NCBI GenBank assembly: GCA_043808035.1
Contig: JAZDFH010000014.1
Coordinates: 1-35,902, forward strand
Reading direction: 5' to 3'
From: a bacterium
Lineage (GTDB): Bacteria; Patescibacteriota; Minisyncoccia; UBA6257; Colwellbacteraceae
DNA: 35,902 nucleotides
The translations under genes and the position numbers were made by a program. Shown here piece after piece: positions 7,656 to 16,980 of the stretch. The notes beneath the pieces are model-generated. The model was not told where the DNA came from. It saw only the letters and a program-made list of their open reading frames with translations, and made no database searches. How positions within the stretch are numbered: the first letter of the stretch is position 1; each line of letters opens with the position of its first letter.

Positions 7656-9374
7656 TTAATGCTGATTTTTATTTAGTTCAGAATTATTATTTGCGGTACT
7701 TGATACAGTATTTGATGTTTTGATTGCTTGTTCAATTTGATCAGAATATTCATCGGGAAGTTTTTCTGTATTTGATGTTTTTTGATATGTGGGATCAGAA
7801 GGGGATATAAAAACGCGTTTTGTTTTTATATACCATGAGCCAATATCAGAAAATCGGTCTGATGCGATATTGATCGGCTTTGCAGTATCGAGACCTTTCA
7901 CTTTAGGGTCAGCAATATATATATAATCGGGAGAATATAAAAATATTGCAGGGATATCTGCGGTAATGATGTCACCCAGTTCTTTTAGACAAATTTTTCG
8001 TTCTTCCTCATCAAAGCTCTTGCGGTATTTTTCGAGCAGATTATCTACTGTCGCATTCTGATAAAGTGCAAGATTTTGATCAGGATAAAATCTTCGTGAT
8101 GAATGCCAAAATGAAAAAAGGTCCTGGCTTTCTTTTACAATATTGCCGAATAAAATCATTTCATAACTATTATTTTTCAGTACGTTTTCTTGAATTTCTG
8201 CTAATGAAGTTATTTCTAAAGTAACGTGGGCGCCGTGGGATTCCCATATTTCCTTAATAAGATTTGCTGTTTTTTCGAGAAATGGTTCTTCTGGTATCGT
8301 GATGTGAAGATCAAGACCTTGTAAAAGAGTTACATCGTAATTGATGACTATATCTTTATTCATTGTAGTCGGACCATAGAGTGGAGTTGCATTACTGTCG
8401 AATATTTCTTGAATAATACGGTCACGATTAATTGACTCGCTTAATGCTTTGCGCACATCGATATTTTGTAACGCTTCTGGTGCAAGACTTTGATTTATGA
8501 AGATAGCGTAATAACGGGGGGATTTAAAAAAATGTGTATAATGTCGAATAGTAAGTTCATTGGTTAAAGCTTCTGCGGTACTTAGTCCGAATCCGTCGAT
8601 ATCGCCGTTGTTATATGCGGCGATTAGTTCATCTTTGTTCTTATAAAATTTGAGTACAATTGATGATATATATGGAGCATCTCCATAATATTCGTTATAT
8701 ACATCGAGAGATAAAGAGGTGATTGTGCGTTTATTTTCATCGATGGTATGGTTGGTAACCATATAAGGGCCTGACCCAATCGGATGGAGTCCATCAACAA
8801 GAATACGGAAATTTTGTAATGGAATTCCATCGAAGATGTGGCGAGAGAAAATCCCTAAGTTCCGCAAATGATCTTTAGCGAAGAATGCATAGGAATTTTG
8901 AAGCACAAATTGCACTTCTCGTTCACTTAACCGTTCTACGGCAACGCCCTGGAAACTGGCATATAATGGAGAACGGCTATCGGGATCTTGGATGGTATTT
9001 ATGGTAAAGATGACATCATCTGATGTAAGCGGTTCACCGTCATGCCACGTGAGTCCCTCTTTTAATCGAACATTCCAAATGCGGCCTTCTTCCGTATACG
9101 TAATACTATCAGATAGATCAGCAAGTGAAGAAAACACCAATCTTGAGATGTCTCTGTCTATTTCATTTATTGGAATGACTGGATTTATAAAGACGGGTTG
9201 ACCGATAAGTCCTTCGCGAAATGTGCCTCCATAGTCGGGAATCACGGTTGTTTTTGCGTAAAATAAAAAAAGGCCATTTAAAATACCGGCAACCATACAT
9301 ACAATAAGCGCTCCGATAAGCGTTATTCTTTCTTTCTGGGAGAGGACCGTAAATATTTTTTTAGGGGTTATCAT
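7656..9374 (-). CDS. Extracellular solute-binding protein, family 5 (OppA/DppA/NikA-like), membrane-anchored
   Basis: LTWHDGEPLTSDDVIFTI and the overall length and pattern fit SBP_bac_5. There is an N-terminal TM helix ITLIGALIVCMVAGILNGLFLF and a low-complexity polar C-terminal tail. ATG 9374 is preferred over TTG 9380. Confidence 0.78.
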   Translation of the reverse strand: MITPKKIFTVLSQKERITLIGALIVCMVAGILNGLFLFYAKTTVIPDYGGTFREGLIGQPVFINPVIPINEIDRDISRLVFSSLADLSDSITYTEEGRIWNVRLKEGLTWHDGEPLTSDDVIFTINTIQDPDSRSPLYASFQGVAVERLSEREVQFVLQNSYAFFAKDHLRNLGIFSRHIFDGIPLQNFRILVDGLHPIGSGPYMVTNHTIDENKRTITSLSLDVYNEYYGDAPYISSIVLKFYKNKDELIAAYNNGDIDGFGLSTAEALTNELTIRHYTHFFKSPRYYAIFINQSLAPEALQNIDVRKALSESINRDRIIQEIFDSNATPLYGPTTMNKDIVINYDVTLLQGLDLHITIPEEPFLEKTANLIKEIWESHGAHVTLEITSLAEIQENVLKNNSYEMILFGNIVKESQDLFSFWHSSRRFYPDQNLALYQNATVDNLLEKYRKSFDEEERKICLKELGDIITADIPAIFLYSPDYIYIADPKVKGLDTAKPINIASDRFSDIGSWYIKTKRVFISPSDPTYQKTSNTEKLPDEYSDQIEQAIKTSNTVSSTANNNSELNKNQH

Positions 9375-9425
9375 ACACAAAAAAGAAAATACACTTATTC
9401 AGCGATGCACATGTGGCGTACTTAT

Positions 9426-9647
9426 TTATAAAATCAAGTGTGCAATTGAAAGCCCTGCAAAAATGATAGTGCAAACAATAGTTCCAATAAAAATCATCTT
9501 TTCGAGGCCACGTCGTTGCTGATATACTCCTCCTTCGGTGCCACTGCCGCCAAAAACACCTGACATGCCGGAAGATTTCTCTTGGATGAGAATGAGACCG
9601 ATAATAATAATTGATACGATAACTTGACTAATAGTGGTTATATTCAT
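9426..9647 (-). CDS. secG: Preprotein translocase subunit SecG
   Basis: 73 aa with two TM helices flanking the Gly-rich loop SSGMSGVFGGSGTEGG, which is typical of SecG. Confidence 0.82.
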   Translation of the reverse strand: MNITTISQVIVSIIIIGLILIQEKSSGMSGVFGGSGTEGGVYQQRRGLEKMIFIGTIVCTIIFAGLSIAHLIL

Positions 9648-9648
9648 G

Positions 9649-9999
9649 TTATTTTGTCTTAAACAAAGCGTTTATCAAAATATGTGTTGCGCTTAAAAGG
9701 AGTGTAGCGTAAAAGAGCGGTAAAAGTCCAGAGATAGCTACTCCAGGGAAAAGATGGTCTAATAAGACCAAAAGGAGTGCGTTTATAAGTAAACTGGCAA
9801 TACCGAGGGTTAGAAATATCAAAGGGCTTAATACTATTTTTAGAAGTGGTTTCAAAATAATGACGATTAACGTGAACACACCTGTCATAATCAAGAAAGG
9901 TTCCCATGTCCCAAGAGGGACAGTGACGCCATGTATATAGGTACCTGCTATAAACAGCGCTATCGCATTTGCCAAGAATGCTGTGATAAGTTTTCTCAT
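9649..9999 (-). CDS. Small 4-TM membrane protein, phage-holin-4/DUF360 (YvlD-like) family
   Basis: MRKLITAFLANAIALFIAGTYI...LLINALLLVLLDHLFPG is four hydrophobic helices of about 116 aa. Its stop lies 1 nt from the secG start. Start moved to ATG 9999. Confidence 0.55.
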   Translation of the reverse strand: MRKLITAFLANAIALFIAGTYIHGVTVPLGTWEPFLIMTGVFTLIVIILKPLLKIVLSPLIFLTLGIASLLINALLLVLLDHLFPGVAISGLLPLFYATLLLSATHILINALFKTK

Positions 10000-10133
10000 A
10001 TAAGTAAGTATGGATAATGAATCAAGAATTAGGAAGAATGGATGGGGATTAAAGTAGAGCAACACATCATAAATATTGATGCATATTACTAATTTCTTTT
10101 TTTAGTTCCTCATTCTTGATTCATTATCCATAT

Positions 10134-11714
10134 TTATCGGAGCATCGAGAGAATATCTATCCCTGTCATACTCGTAGGCTGCGGGAGATGTAGTAAAGAT
10201 AAAATAGTTGGAGCAACGTCTGATATAACACCAACGTTTTCATGCTCAAGCATATCGGCCGTTTCGGAGCTTTTTTTATGTTTAAATGCGTTTCCGACGA
10301 TGTAAAAAGGGACAGGGTTCGGATCGTTTTTTATCTCGGGAGTGCCGGTATATGGATTCCTTACTCGTTCAGCGTTACCATGTCCGGAAGTAATGATAAG
10401 GATACTGTTTGTTGCAAGTACTGCGTCCATTAATTTTTGAATTTGTGCGTCGATGCAATGGATTGCTGAGAGTACCGCATTATAATCACCCGTTTGAGCC
10501 ATACTATCGGCGTTTGCATAATTAACAAGGATAAAATCATAAGCCAGTTCATGGATTGCTGTTAATGCTCTCGCAGTAATGCTTTCTGCCATCATTTCTG
10601 GAAAAGCTCGTTGATCAGGAGTGTCGCGGGAAGGGATAAGTATACGATATTCATTTTGGAACGGTTCTTGGCGAAGGCCATTGAAAAAAAAGGTCACATG
10701 GGGATATCGTTCTGTTTCGGCAATGCGGAGTTGTATTTTCCCGTTGTCGGCAAGCACTTTACCTAAGGGTTCCGTTATTGATTCGGGAGGAAATGCAACA
10801 GCAACGGGGAAAGATTTGCTGTATTCGGTAAAAGTTGCTATATACATATTCTCTTTTTTAGACAGTGGGGTTGCAGTGTCGGTATTTTCAACATGGGAGA
10901 AAGATGGGTCCAGGAAGAGTTGGACCAATTGTCGCATACTAGATTCACGAAAGTTAAAAAAAATAACACTATCATTACTCATAACGACACCATTCTTTAA
11001 AAGAAGTGTCGGTTTAATAAATTCGTTAGCCAAGTTTCTTTCATGAAATGTCTCAATGATCGATTGTGCTGTTATGGAGATATCGCCATATGGCAGTTCT
11101 GTCATTGCTTCGTATGTTTTTGTGGTTCTATCCCATCTACGATCGGTATCCATTGCAAAATAACTTCCGGAGATACTTGCTATTTGTACGGGACCGATAG
11201 ATTCTTGTAATTTTTTTAGCGGTCGGTATATGTCGTCAGGAACACTTTCTTTTTGATTAACGATAATATGAAGCATTATTTTTTCTCGAGGAAACGATAC
11301 TGTATCGGCATATTGAAAAAGAGCGATAAGGTGATCAATGGAAGAGTGTACTTGTTCTTCAGAAAGCAGACCGATCAGGTGTAAACAGCTTTGTTTCTCT
11401 TGTGTATGCGTGAAGGCGTTTATAAGTACTTGGTTGGAGAAAAATTTACCAGTTTTTATAGCAAGAGTAATTCGTGGAAGATGTTGGTATAAAATTTTAC
11501 CGGCACCAATCATGAGATGTCCAACCTGTGAATTACTTTCTTCTCCCCATGGGAGACCTACGGCAATACCTGATGCTTGCAGGCTCCCGATAGTGTAGGT
11601 GTGTTTGATGTATTCTACTGTTGGAGGGTTGGCGGTGAAGATTGGGTTTGAAGAATCTTTCCTCCCGATACCCCATCCATCCAGAATTGTCAGAATAACA
11701 GTTTGCTTGACCAT
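10134..11714 (-). CDS. gpmI: 2,3-bisphosphoglycerate-independent phosphoglycerate mutase
   Basis: VILTILDGWGIG, the catalytic-Ser block ESNSQVGHLMIGAG and the metal-site block ITSGHGNAE are present, at about 526 aa. Start moved to ATG 11714 (MVKQTVIL...). Confidence 0.92.
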   Translation of the reverse strand: MVKQTVILTILDGWGIGRKDSSNPIFTANPPTVEYIKHTYTIGSLQASGIAVGLPWGEESNSQVGHLMIGAGKILYQHLPRITLAIKTGKFFSNQVLINAFTHTQEKQSCLHLIGLLSEEQVHSSIDHLIALFQYADTVSFPREKIMLHIIVNQKESVPDDIYRPLKKLQESIGPVQIASISGSYFAMDTDRRWDRTTKTYEAMTELPYGDISITAQSIIETFHERNLANEFIKPTLLLKNGVVMSNDSVIFFNFRESSMRQLVQLFLDPSFSHVENTDTATPLSKKENMYIATFTEYSKSFPVAVAFPPESITEPLGKVLADNGKIQLRIAETERYPHVTFFFNGLRQEPFQNEYRILIPSRDTPDQRAFPEMMAESITARALTAIHELAYDFILVNYANADSMAQTGDYNAVLSAIHCIDAQIQKLMDAVLATNSILIITSGHGNAERVRNPYTGTPEIKNDPNPVPFYIVGNAFKHKKSSETADMLEHENVGVISDVAPTILSLLHLPQPTSMTGIDILSMLR

Positions 11715-11743
11715 AAGTATATTATACTTTAGAATCGCAAATA

Positions 11744-12529
11744 ATGCCTTATGTATATATACATCAGCATGCTCATGATATTGCGTTTGCCGTATTTCGT
11801 GTAGCAGCGTTAGTGAGACATCCAAAACTCAAAGGAGAGCTTGAAGATGCCGCGGTAGATCTTATTGCAAAAATGGATATCTATATAGTCCACGAAGGGA
11901 ATGAATGTAAGGGAAATAAACATTTTTATTATCATGAACGACTAAAATGGCTTGTTCGTCTTTCTGAATCGGTTGGCGAAATGAAGTCGATCAATGCAGC
12001 GGTTTTGTGTAGAGAGATTGATAATTTGGAAGCGGCGATAGTGGAAGCGGTTAATACTCTTAATAATATTGAAGAAGATGATATTGATTTGGACAATGAA
12101 GAATTTGCCTCTTTAGAGACGATTTCAGAAGAACGGCTTATCGAATCGCCACGGGATACTGAAGAATTTATATCATCAGTTGACACGGCGCAAGAAATAA
12201 ATATTGGAGGGATAGAGATGGAACAGCAGGAAGAGAAAGAAGAGAGGGTAATGATTGCCGAAAAAGAGGGCAATCATAGTGAAAAAAAGAATGTCCAGGT
12301 TACTTTACAACCGGAAGAACGGCAAGAAAAGGTCATGAAAACCATTCGGCAAATGCCGAATGGTTGCCGAATGAGGGATTTAATGATTATTTTCCCAAAA
12401 GTCAGTGAACGTACGCTTCGAAATGATCTTCAAACGCTTGTTAAACAGGGCGCGATAGAGCGTTTTGGTAGTCAAGGCCCTTATAGTTATTTTCGTGTTG
12501 TAACGAAAAGTGAGGTATTTGCGTTGTAA
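11744..12529 (+). CDS. Putative transcriptional regulator: helical N-domain, acidic linker, C-terminal DeoR-type winged HTH
   Basis: The C-terminus MRDLMIIFPKVSERTLRNDLQTLVKQGAIERFGSQGPYSYFRV looks like a DeoR/wHTH domain. The middle is E/D-rich low complexity. The gene is divergent from gpmI with only 29 bp between the start codons. Confidence 0.5.
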   Translation: MPYVYIHQHAHDIAFAVFRVAALVRHPKLKGELEDAAVDLIAKMDIYIVHEGNECKGNKHFYYHERLKWLVRLSESVGEMKSINAAVLCREIDNLEAAIVEAVNTLNNIEEDDIDLDNEEFASLETISEERLIESPRDTEEFISSVDTAQEINIGGIEMEQQEEKEERVMIAEKEGNHSEKKNVQVTLQPEERQEKVMKTIRQMPNGCRMRDLMIIFPKVSERTLRNDLQTLVKQGAIERFGSQGPYSYFRVVTKSEVFAL

Positions 12530-12643
12530 TTAATGCAAGCACAATAATGTTTGCAGATACTTTAATCGGTTTTTATTCGTTTTCGTGAGGCAAACGGATA
12601 GAGGACTGATTAGTTTTGAGTAACAGATACCTTTATATTACCG

Positions 12644-12670
12644 CCTCACACTGTCGTGAGGATTTTTTAT
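12644..12670 (+). terminator. Weak intrinsic terminator candidate (or leader attenuator) between the regulator and the surface-protein gene
   Basis: cctcac actgtc gtgagg followed by attttttat. An upstream gtgaggc (12585-12591) could pair alternatively with gcctcac (12643-12649). Confidence 0.4.
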
Positions 12671-12862
12671 ATTCACGATAGTATTAATAGTTGCTAGGGT
12701 CATGTACTGTTGTCAGCTTACGCTATGCTCGCCTCACAAGCATCAATGAGCGTGGCCAGGTCGATGATGATGGATTAATGATCTCCCGAAATAATGTAAA
12801 CGAGACGCATCAGAAGAAGCGTCAAATAAAAAGTAATAAAAAAATTTAAGTCGATTGTCACA

Positions 12863-15800
12863 ATGACCACATTTAAAAGAAAAATTGTTGCAACAGCTTT
12901 ATCCGTCGCGACAATCGTAGCGATTGCAGGGACTGCAATGTTGCCTGTACAGGCACAGACCGCAGCAGAATTGCAATCACAAATTGCAGCGTTACTCGCA
13001 CAGATCCAGCAGTTGCAAACACAACTTGGAACATCAACAACAGGAACAACAACGACAACCAGCACAACATCAACAACCTATACCCATGACCTCACCATTG
13101 GTAGTAAGGGAGAAGATGTAACCGCGTTGCAGAGTTATCTTGTTGCACAGAATAAAGGTACGGCAGCCCAGGCGCTCGCCCAGGCATTTGCAGCAGGTAC
13201 CGCACAAGGCTACTTCGGTTCAATGACTAAAGCAGCTTTTGCAGAATATCAAGCAGCAGTCGGTATTTTACCTGCGGCAGGGTATTTTGGCCCTATTTCG
13301 CGAGCACACATGGCGACAGTGGCTTCAACAACTGCTGGAACCACGACAACAACTGGAACAACGACGACCACAACAACGACAACAACCACAGCGGCTGTTG
13401 AAGCGGGGTTGACGGTTTCGATTGCTTCAGATTCCCCGGCATCATCAACATTGGTTGCCAATCAATCAGTTGCGGATATTGCACACTTAACGTTCACCAA
13501 TGGTGACGAATCAGCAGTGACCGTATCTCAATTGGTTATCACAAAGACTGGTGTTTCGGGCGCTACCGCAATGGAGAACTTATATCTCTTTGACGGAGCA
13601 GTCCGATTGACCGATTCAGCGACATTCGTATCAACCACAAATAAAGCAACATTCGTAAGCTCGGGTGGAATCTTTACGGTTCCTGCAAAGAGCTCGAAGA
13701 CCATTGCTCTTAAGGCTGATATCTTGTCGAGTGCATCAGGTCAGACCGTTGGTATTCAGATCGCAACAGCGACTGATATAACAACGACAGCATCGGCAGT
13801 ATCGGGAACATACCCGGTTTCAGGCGCGATCCACACTATTGCAAGTGCAGGATCAAATCTTGCGACCGCGAATTTCACCGGTACGACCATTCCGTCGAGT
13901 GCAAACATCAATCCGGGAACGGATGTTGTTATGTTTCAACGGAATTTGAGCGTTTCAAACAGAAGTCTTAACTTGAGCCGTCTTGCATTCCGTAAGAGAG
14001 GTTCGGTTTCGGACAGCGATGTCAACAACTTCCGTTTATACGTTGGTTCAACGCTTGTTGACACGCAGGCGAGTGTTGGTTCAAACGGTTATATAACTTT
14101 TGCACCGGCAATTCCGTATGCTTTGACAACAGGAACACATGTCATCAAGGTTGTTGCTGACGTCATCAGCGGCTCATCGTACAGCGTATACCTCCAATTA
14201 AAAGAGGTATCGGATATCGAACTTGTTGACACAAGCTTTGGTGTATCAGTACGCCCAACGGTTGGTGGTTCATCTTTCAGCGCAATTACAGCTGGAACGA
14301 TGACTATTAATTCAGGTAGCGTCGTTGCATCAAAGGCAACAGATTCACCGACAGGAAACATCATCGATAATTCAACAGATGCTGTTCTTGGAAGATTCAC
14401 ATTGACTGCATACGGTGAAAAGGTAAAAATCGAAAGCTTAACGGCAGGATTTACCTATCCTGGAGCAGGAGCAGTGACTGGTCTCCAGAATGGACGCATT
14501 TTGGTTGATGGTGTCCAACTCGGAAACACGACCACATTGGCTGCGGCAGGTACACAGTACACTGGTGTAGCGTATATTATCCCGGGAACACCGGTAACGG
14601 TTGAAATTCGGGCTGATATCGAACCGTCTGCTGGTACTCTTACGACAGGGACGGACTCTGTTCAAGCTAGCTTGAGCATCGGTTCAGCGAATGGTGAAGG
14701 TATGACATCGTCAACCACCATCAATGTTCCGGTTGCGGCAAAGCTTGCAAGCCCACTTACTGTTCAGACAGGTGCGCTTAACTTGGCAGAGAATGTTGTC
14801 TACACAGACAAGACTATCGTTGTTCCGAAGGAAGCATATGAATTGGGCGAATTCACTCTGTTGAACAGCGGATATGAAGATATCGTCTTGGACACAATCC
14901 AGGTTGACTTCACCGCAGGTGGAGCAGGTGGAACGTTCACTTATGCTGATTTAACGAATGTCTATGTCGTTTACGGCACACAGGTAACGAATGTTAAATC
15001 AACAGTGAATGCAACAGGCAACACGTACTCGATTTCCTACACTCTTGGCGCAAGCGAAGGTATTGGAGTTGCGGTATTTGCTGATCTTGCATCGACAGTT
15101 ACAGCTCCTGACACTTTAACACCTGCAGTACTTGCTAGCGGTACCACAATGTCATCAGGCAGCGCGGTATACACAGGTGCGGGTGCAACAGGTACGATTA
15201 TGGGAGGTCAGACAATTACTGTCGGAGCAGGCAGTGTCGCATCAGCAGTTGATGCATCACGACCGAATGCGACGATTGTTGCTGACGCGACAACCGAAGT
15301 GCCAGTTGCGGCATACAAATTCACGACAGTTAACGACGATTACAAGATCGAAGCGCTTGTTGTGAGTTTTGGAGGAACAGGAGCATCATCGGTTATCCAG
15401 TATGCTATCTTGAAGGATAATGGCACAACAATCGCCATGGTTCCTGTCCAGAACGCTACTGCAACCTTTGACATCAGTGTTCCTATAGCGGCAAACGATT
15501 CTAAGGTCCTCACACTTGAGACAAATCTTGGAACGATTGGTATAAACGCTGGTACAACCGGTGCAAACATTCAAGCAACATTGGCGTTGGTACAGACCGA
15601 AACTTCGGCAGGTACACGAGCTAACGTCTCGGTTGCGTTGAGTGGACAAGCAATGTATGCATATAAAGCATATCCGACGATTACGAATCTAACGTTACCG
15701 TCATCATTGCTTTCAGCGGGAACACAAACCTTGGCACGCAACACCGTTTCAGCGACAGGAGGAACAGTTGGTTTCAGCAAGATCGTATATACGGTTTCGA

Positions 15801-16216
15801 AATCAGCAAATCCATACCTGACAAATGGAACAGTGAAGGTGTACAAAGATGGAGTTGAAATCCCAGGTACCGCTACCGTTACAGCAGCTCTCGAAGCGGC
15901 TGGAGCAGCAACCGGCACAATCAGCTTTGTTACAACAAACGAAGTTGAGATTTCAAGCTCATCAGTTATCGAAGTTAAAGCAACTATGGCTGGATCAGTT
16001 ACAACAGGAGATTATGTTAACGCATATATCGCATCAGGAGTTGCAACATATGCATCACCTGCAGCCTATGCAACTGTTGCAGCAACTGCTTCAAGCTTCG
16101 TATGGACCGACCAGGCAGGACAAGGTACGACGAGTCACTCGGCGACCACGACTGACTGGAACAACAATTACTTAGTAAAGAACATCCCAACCGATACTCA
16201 GACAATAAGTCGGTAA
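12863..16216 (+). CDS. Large secreted envelope protein: signal peptide, coiled coil, PG_binding_1 domain, poly-Thr linkers, then tandem degenerate beta-rich modules (S-layer-like candidate)
   Basis: The signal peptide reads MTTFKRKIVATALSVATIVAIAGTAMLPVQA|Q, followed by the heptad segment AAELQSQIAALLAQIQQLQTQLG. The PG-binding repeat is LTIGSKGEDVTALQSYLV...GYFGSMTKAAFAEYQAAVGILPAAGYFGPISRAHM. T-runs follow, then about 930 aa rich in T/S/A/G/V with recurring modules of about 110-120 aa. Confidence 0.85.
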   Translation: MTTFKRKIVATALSVATIVAIAGTAMLPVQAQTAAELQSQIAALLAQIQQLQTQLGTSTTGTTTTTSTTSTTYTHDLTIGSKGEDVTALQSYLVAQNKGTAAQALAQAFAAGTAQGYFGSMTKAAFAEYQAAVGILPAAGYFGPISRAHMATVASTTAGTTTTTGTTTTTTTTTTTAAVEAGLTVSIASDSPASSTLVANQSVADIAHLTFTNGDESAVTVSQLVITKTGVSGATAMENLYLFDGAVRLTDSATFVSTTNKATFVSSGGIFTVPAKSSKTIALKADILSSASGQTVGIQIATATDITTTASAVSGTYPVSGAIHTIASAGSNLATANFTGTTIPSSANINPGTDVVMFQRNLSVSNRSLNLSRLAFRKRGSVSDSDVNNFRLYVGSTLVDTQASVGSNGYITFAPAIPYALTTGTHVIKVVADVISGSSYSVYLQLKEVSDIELVDTSFGVSVRPTVGGSSFSAITAGTMTINSGSVVASKATDSPTGNIIDNSTDAVLGRFTLTAYGEKVKIESLTAGFTYPGAGAVTGLQNGRILVDGVQLGNTTTLAAAGTQYTGVAYIIPGTPVTVEIRADIEPSAGTLTTGTDSVQASLSIGSANGEGMTSSTTINVPVAAKLASPLTVQTGALNLAENVVYTDKTIVVPKEAYELGEFTLLNSGYEDIVLDTIQVDFTAGGAGGTFTYADLTNVYVVYGTQVTNVKSTVNATGNTYSISYTLGASEGIGVAVFADLASTVTAPDTLTPAVLASGTTMSSGSAVYTGAGATGTIMGGQTITVGAGSVASAVDASRPNATIVADATTEVPVAAYKFTTVNDDYKIEALVVSFGGTGASSVIQYAILKDNGTTIAMVPVQNATATFDISVPIAANDSKVLTLETNLGTIGINAGTTGANIQATLALVQTETSAGTRANVSVALSGQAMYAYKAYPTITNLTLPSSLLSAGTQTLARNTVSATGGTVGFSKIVYTVSKSANPYLTNGTVKVYKDGVEIPGTATVTAALEAAGAATGTISFVTTNEVEISSSSVIEVKATMAGSVTTGDYVNAYIASGVATYASPAAYATVAATASSFVWTDQAGQGTTSHSATTTDWNNNYLVKNIPTDTQTISR

Positions 16217-16272
16217 GGATTGACGAAACTTTGTAGTTACGTCCAACCGTTTTCCTGAATCGTATAAACAGG

Positions 16273-16310
16273 ACAGAACCACCCCGATTCATCGGGGTGG
16301 TTCTGTTTTA
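16273..16310 (+). terminator. Rho-independent terminator of the 1117-aa gene
   Basis: acagaaccaccccga ttca tcggggtggttctgt is a 15-bp perfect stem followed by ttt. Confidence 0.85.
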
Positions 16311-16590
16311 CAATCCAGTTTTAGTTGAGAATAAGAGTCTATATATTTCAGACCTGTAAAAATAAGAAAAAATGAGAGTTAAGTAAAATGGAGACGAATC
16401 AGTAACAGATAGGGAATCAGTCAAGATGTTTTAGCCAATAGATATGAAAAAACAGCCAAACATGTGTATCAAATTATCTAACAATATGCTTAGAAGAGCG
16501 TTTAAGATATTTTTTTTGTTAACCGATAGTTGTGTGGTAAAAGTGAGTGGTATTATTAAGGTATGCTTTAAGGTAAAAATTTTTTTGGTA

Positions 16591-16621
16591 ATAAAAAACT
16601 AGGATATATAATCCTAGTTTT
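16591..16621 (-). terminator. Terminator of the small minus-strand peptide gene
   Basis: The minus strand reads aaaactaggat tatat atcctagtttt followed by further Ts. It lies 20 nt downstream of the stop at 16642. Confidence 0.7.
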
Positions 16622-16641
16622 AGGGAGGTAAGTAACAATAG

Positions 16642-16755
16642 TCAATATTGTTTCAGATTTATGTAAATAATAAAAACCCAGAATCCTATTGCTCCAACAA
16701 TTATTCCTGCTGAAATAAGAAAATCGATAATTTTATCTTTTTTTTCTTTTGTCAT
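16642..16755 (-). CDS. 37-aa small membrane peptide (below the cut-off of the ORF track)
   Basis: ATG (16755) to TGA translates as MTKEKKDKIIDFLISAGIIVGAIGFWVFIIYINLKQY, a charged N-terminus plus one TM helix. It has the best SD in the window (gaaagaggaaaaaatATG), its own terminator, and a palindrome just upstream. Confidence 0.55.
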   Translation of the reverse strand: MTKEKKDKIIDFLISAGIIVGAIGFWVFIIYINLKQY

Positions 16756-16768
16756 ATTTTTTCCTCTT

Positions 16769-16795
16769 TCTATATTCAATATTATTGAATATAGA
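16769..16795. promoter_or_regulatory. 27-bp perfect palindrome abutting the SD of the small peptide gene
   Basis: tctatattcaata t tattgaatataga has 13-bp arms. It ends 2-3 nt from the AGAGG Shine-Dalgarno on the minus strand. Confidence 0.6.
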
Positions 16796-16980
16796 AAAAT
16801 AATTAATTTTTTAAAGAAGCTATTATAGTAGCGAGTATACGGTATTTAAATGTAATCGGCAATAGACTTTGCGGCAATCGGTAGTCGACAAATATACAAT
16901 TAAGAGACCCCTTTTTATAGAAAACAAAATATTAATAATTTGAGTGGTAGTATACAATAAGTATTTTTATTACGAATCTT

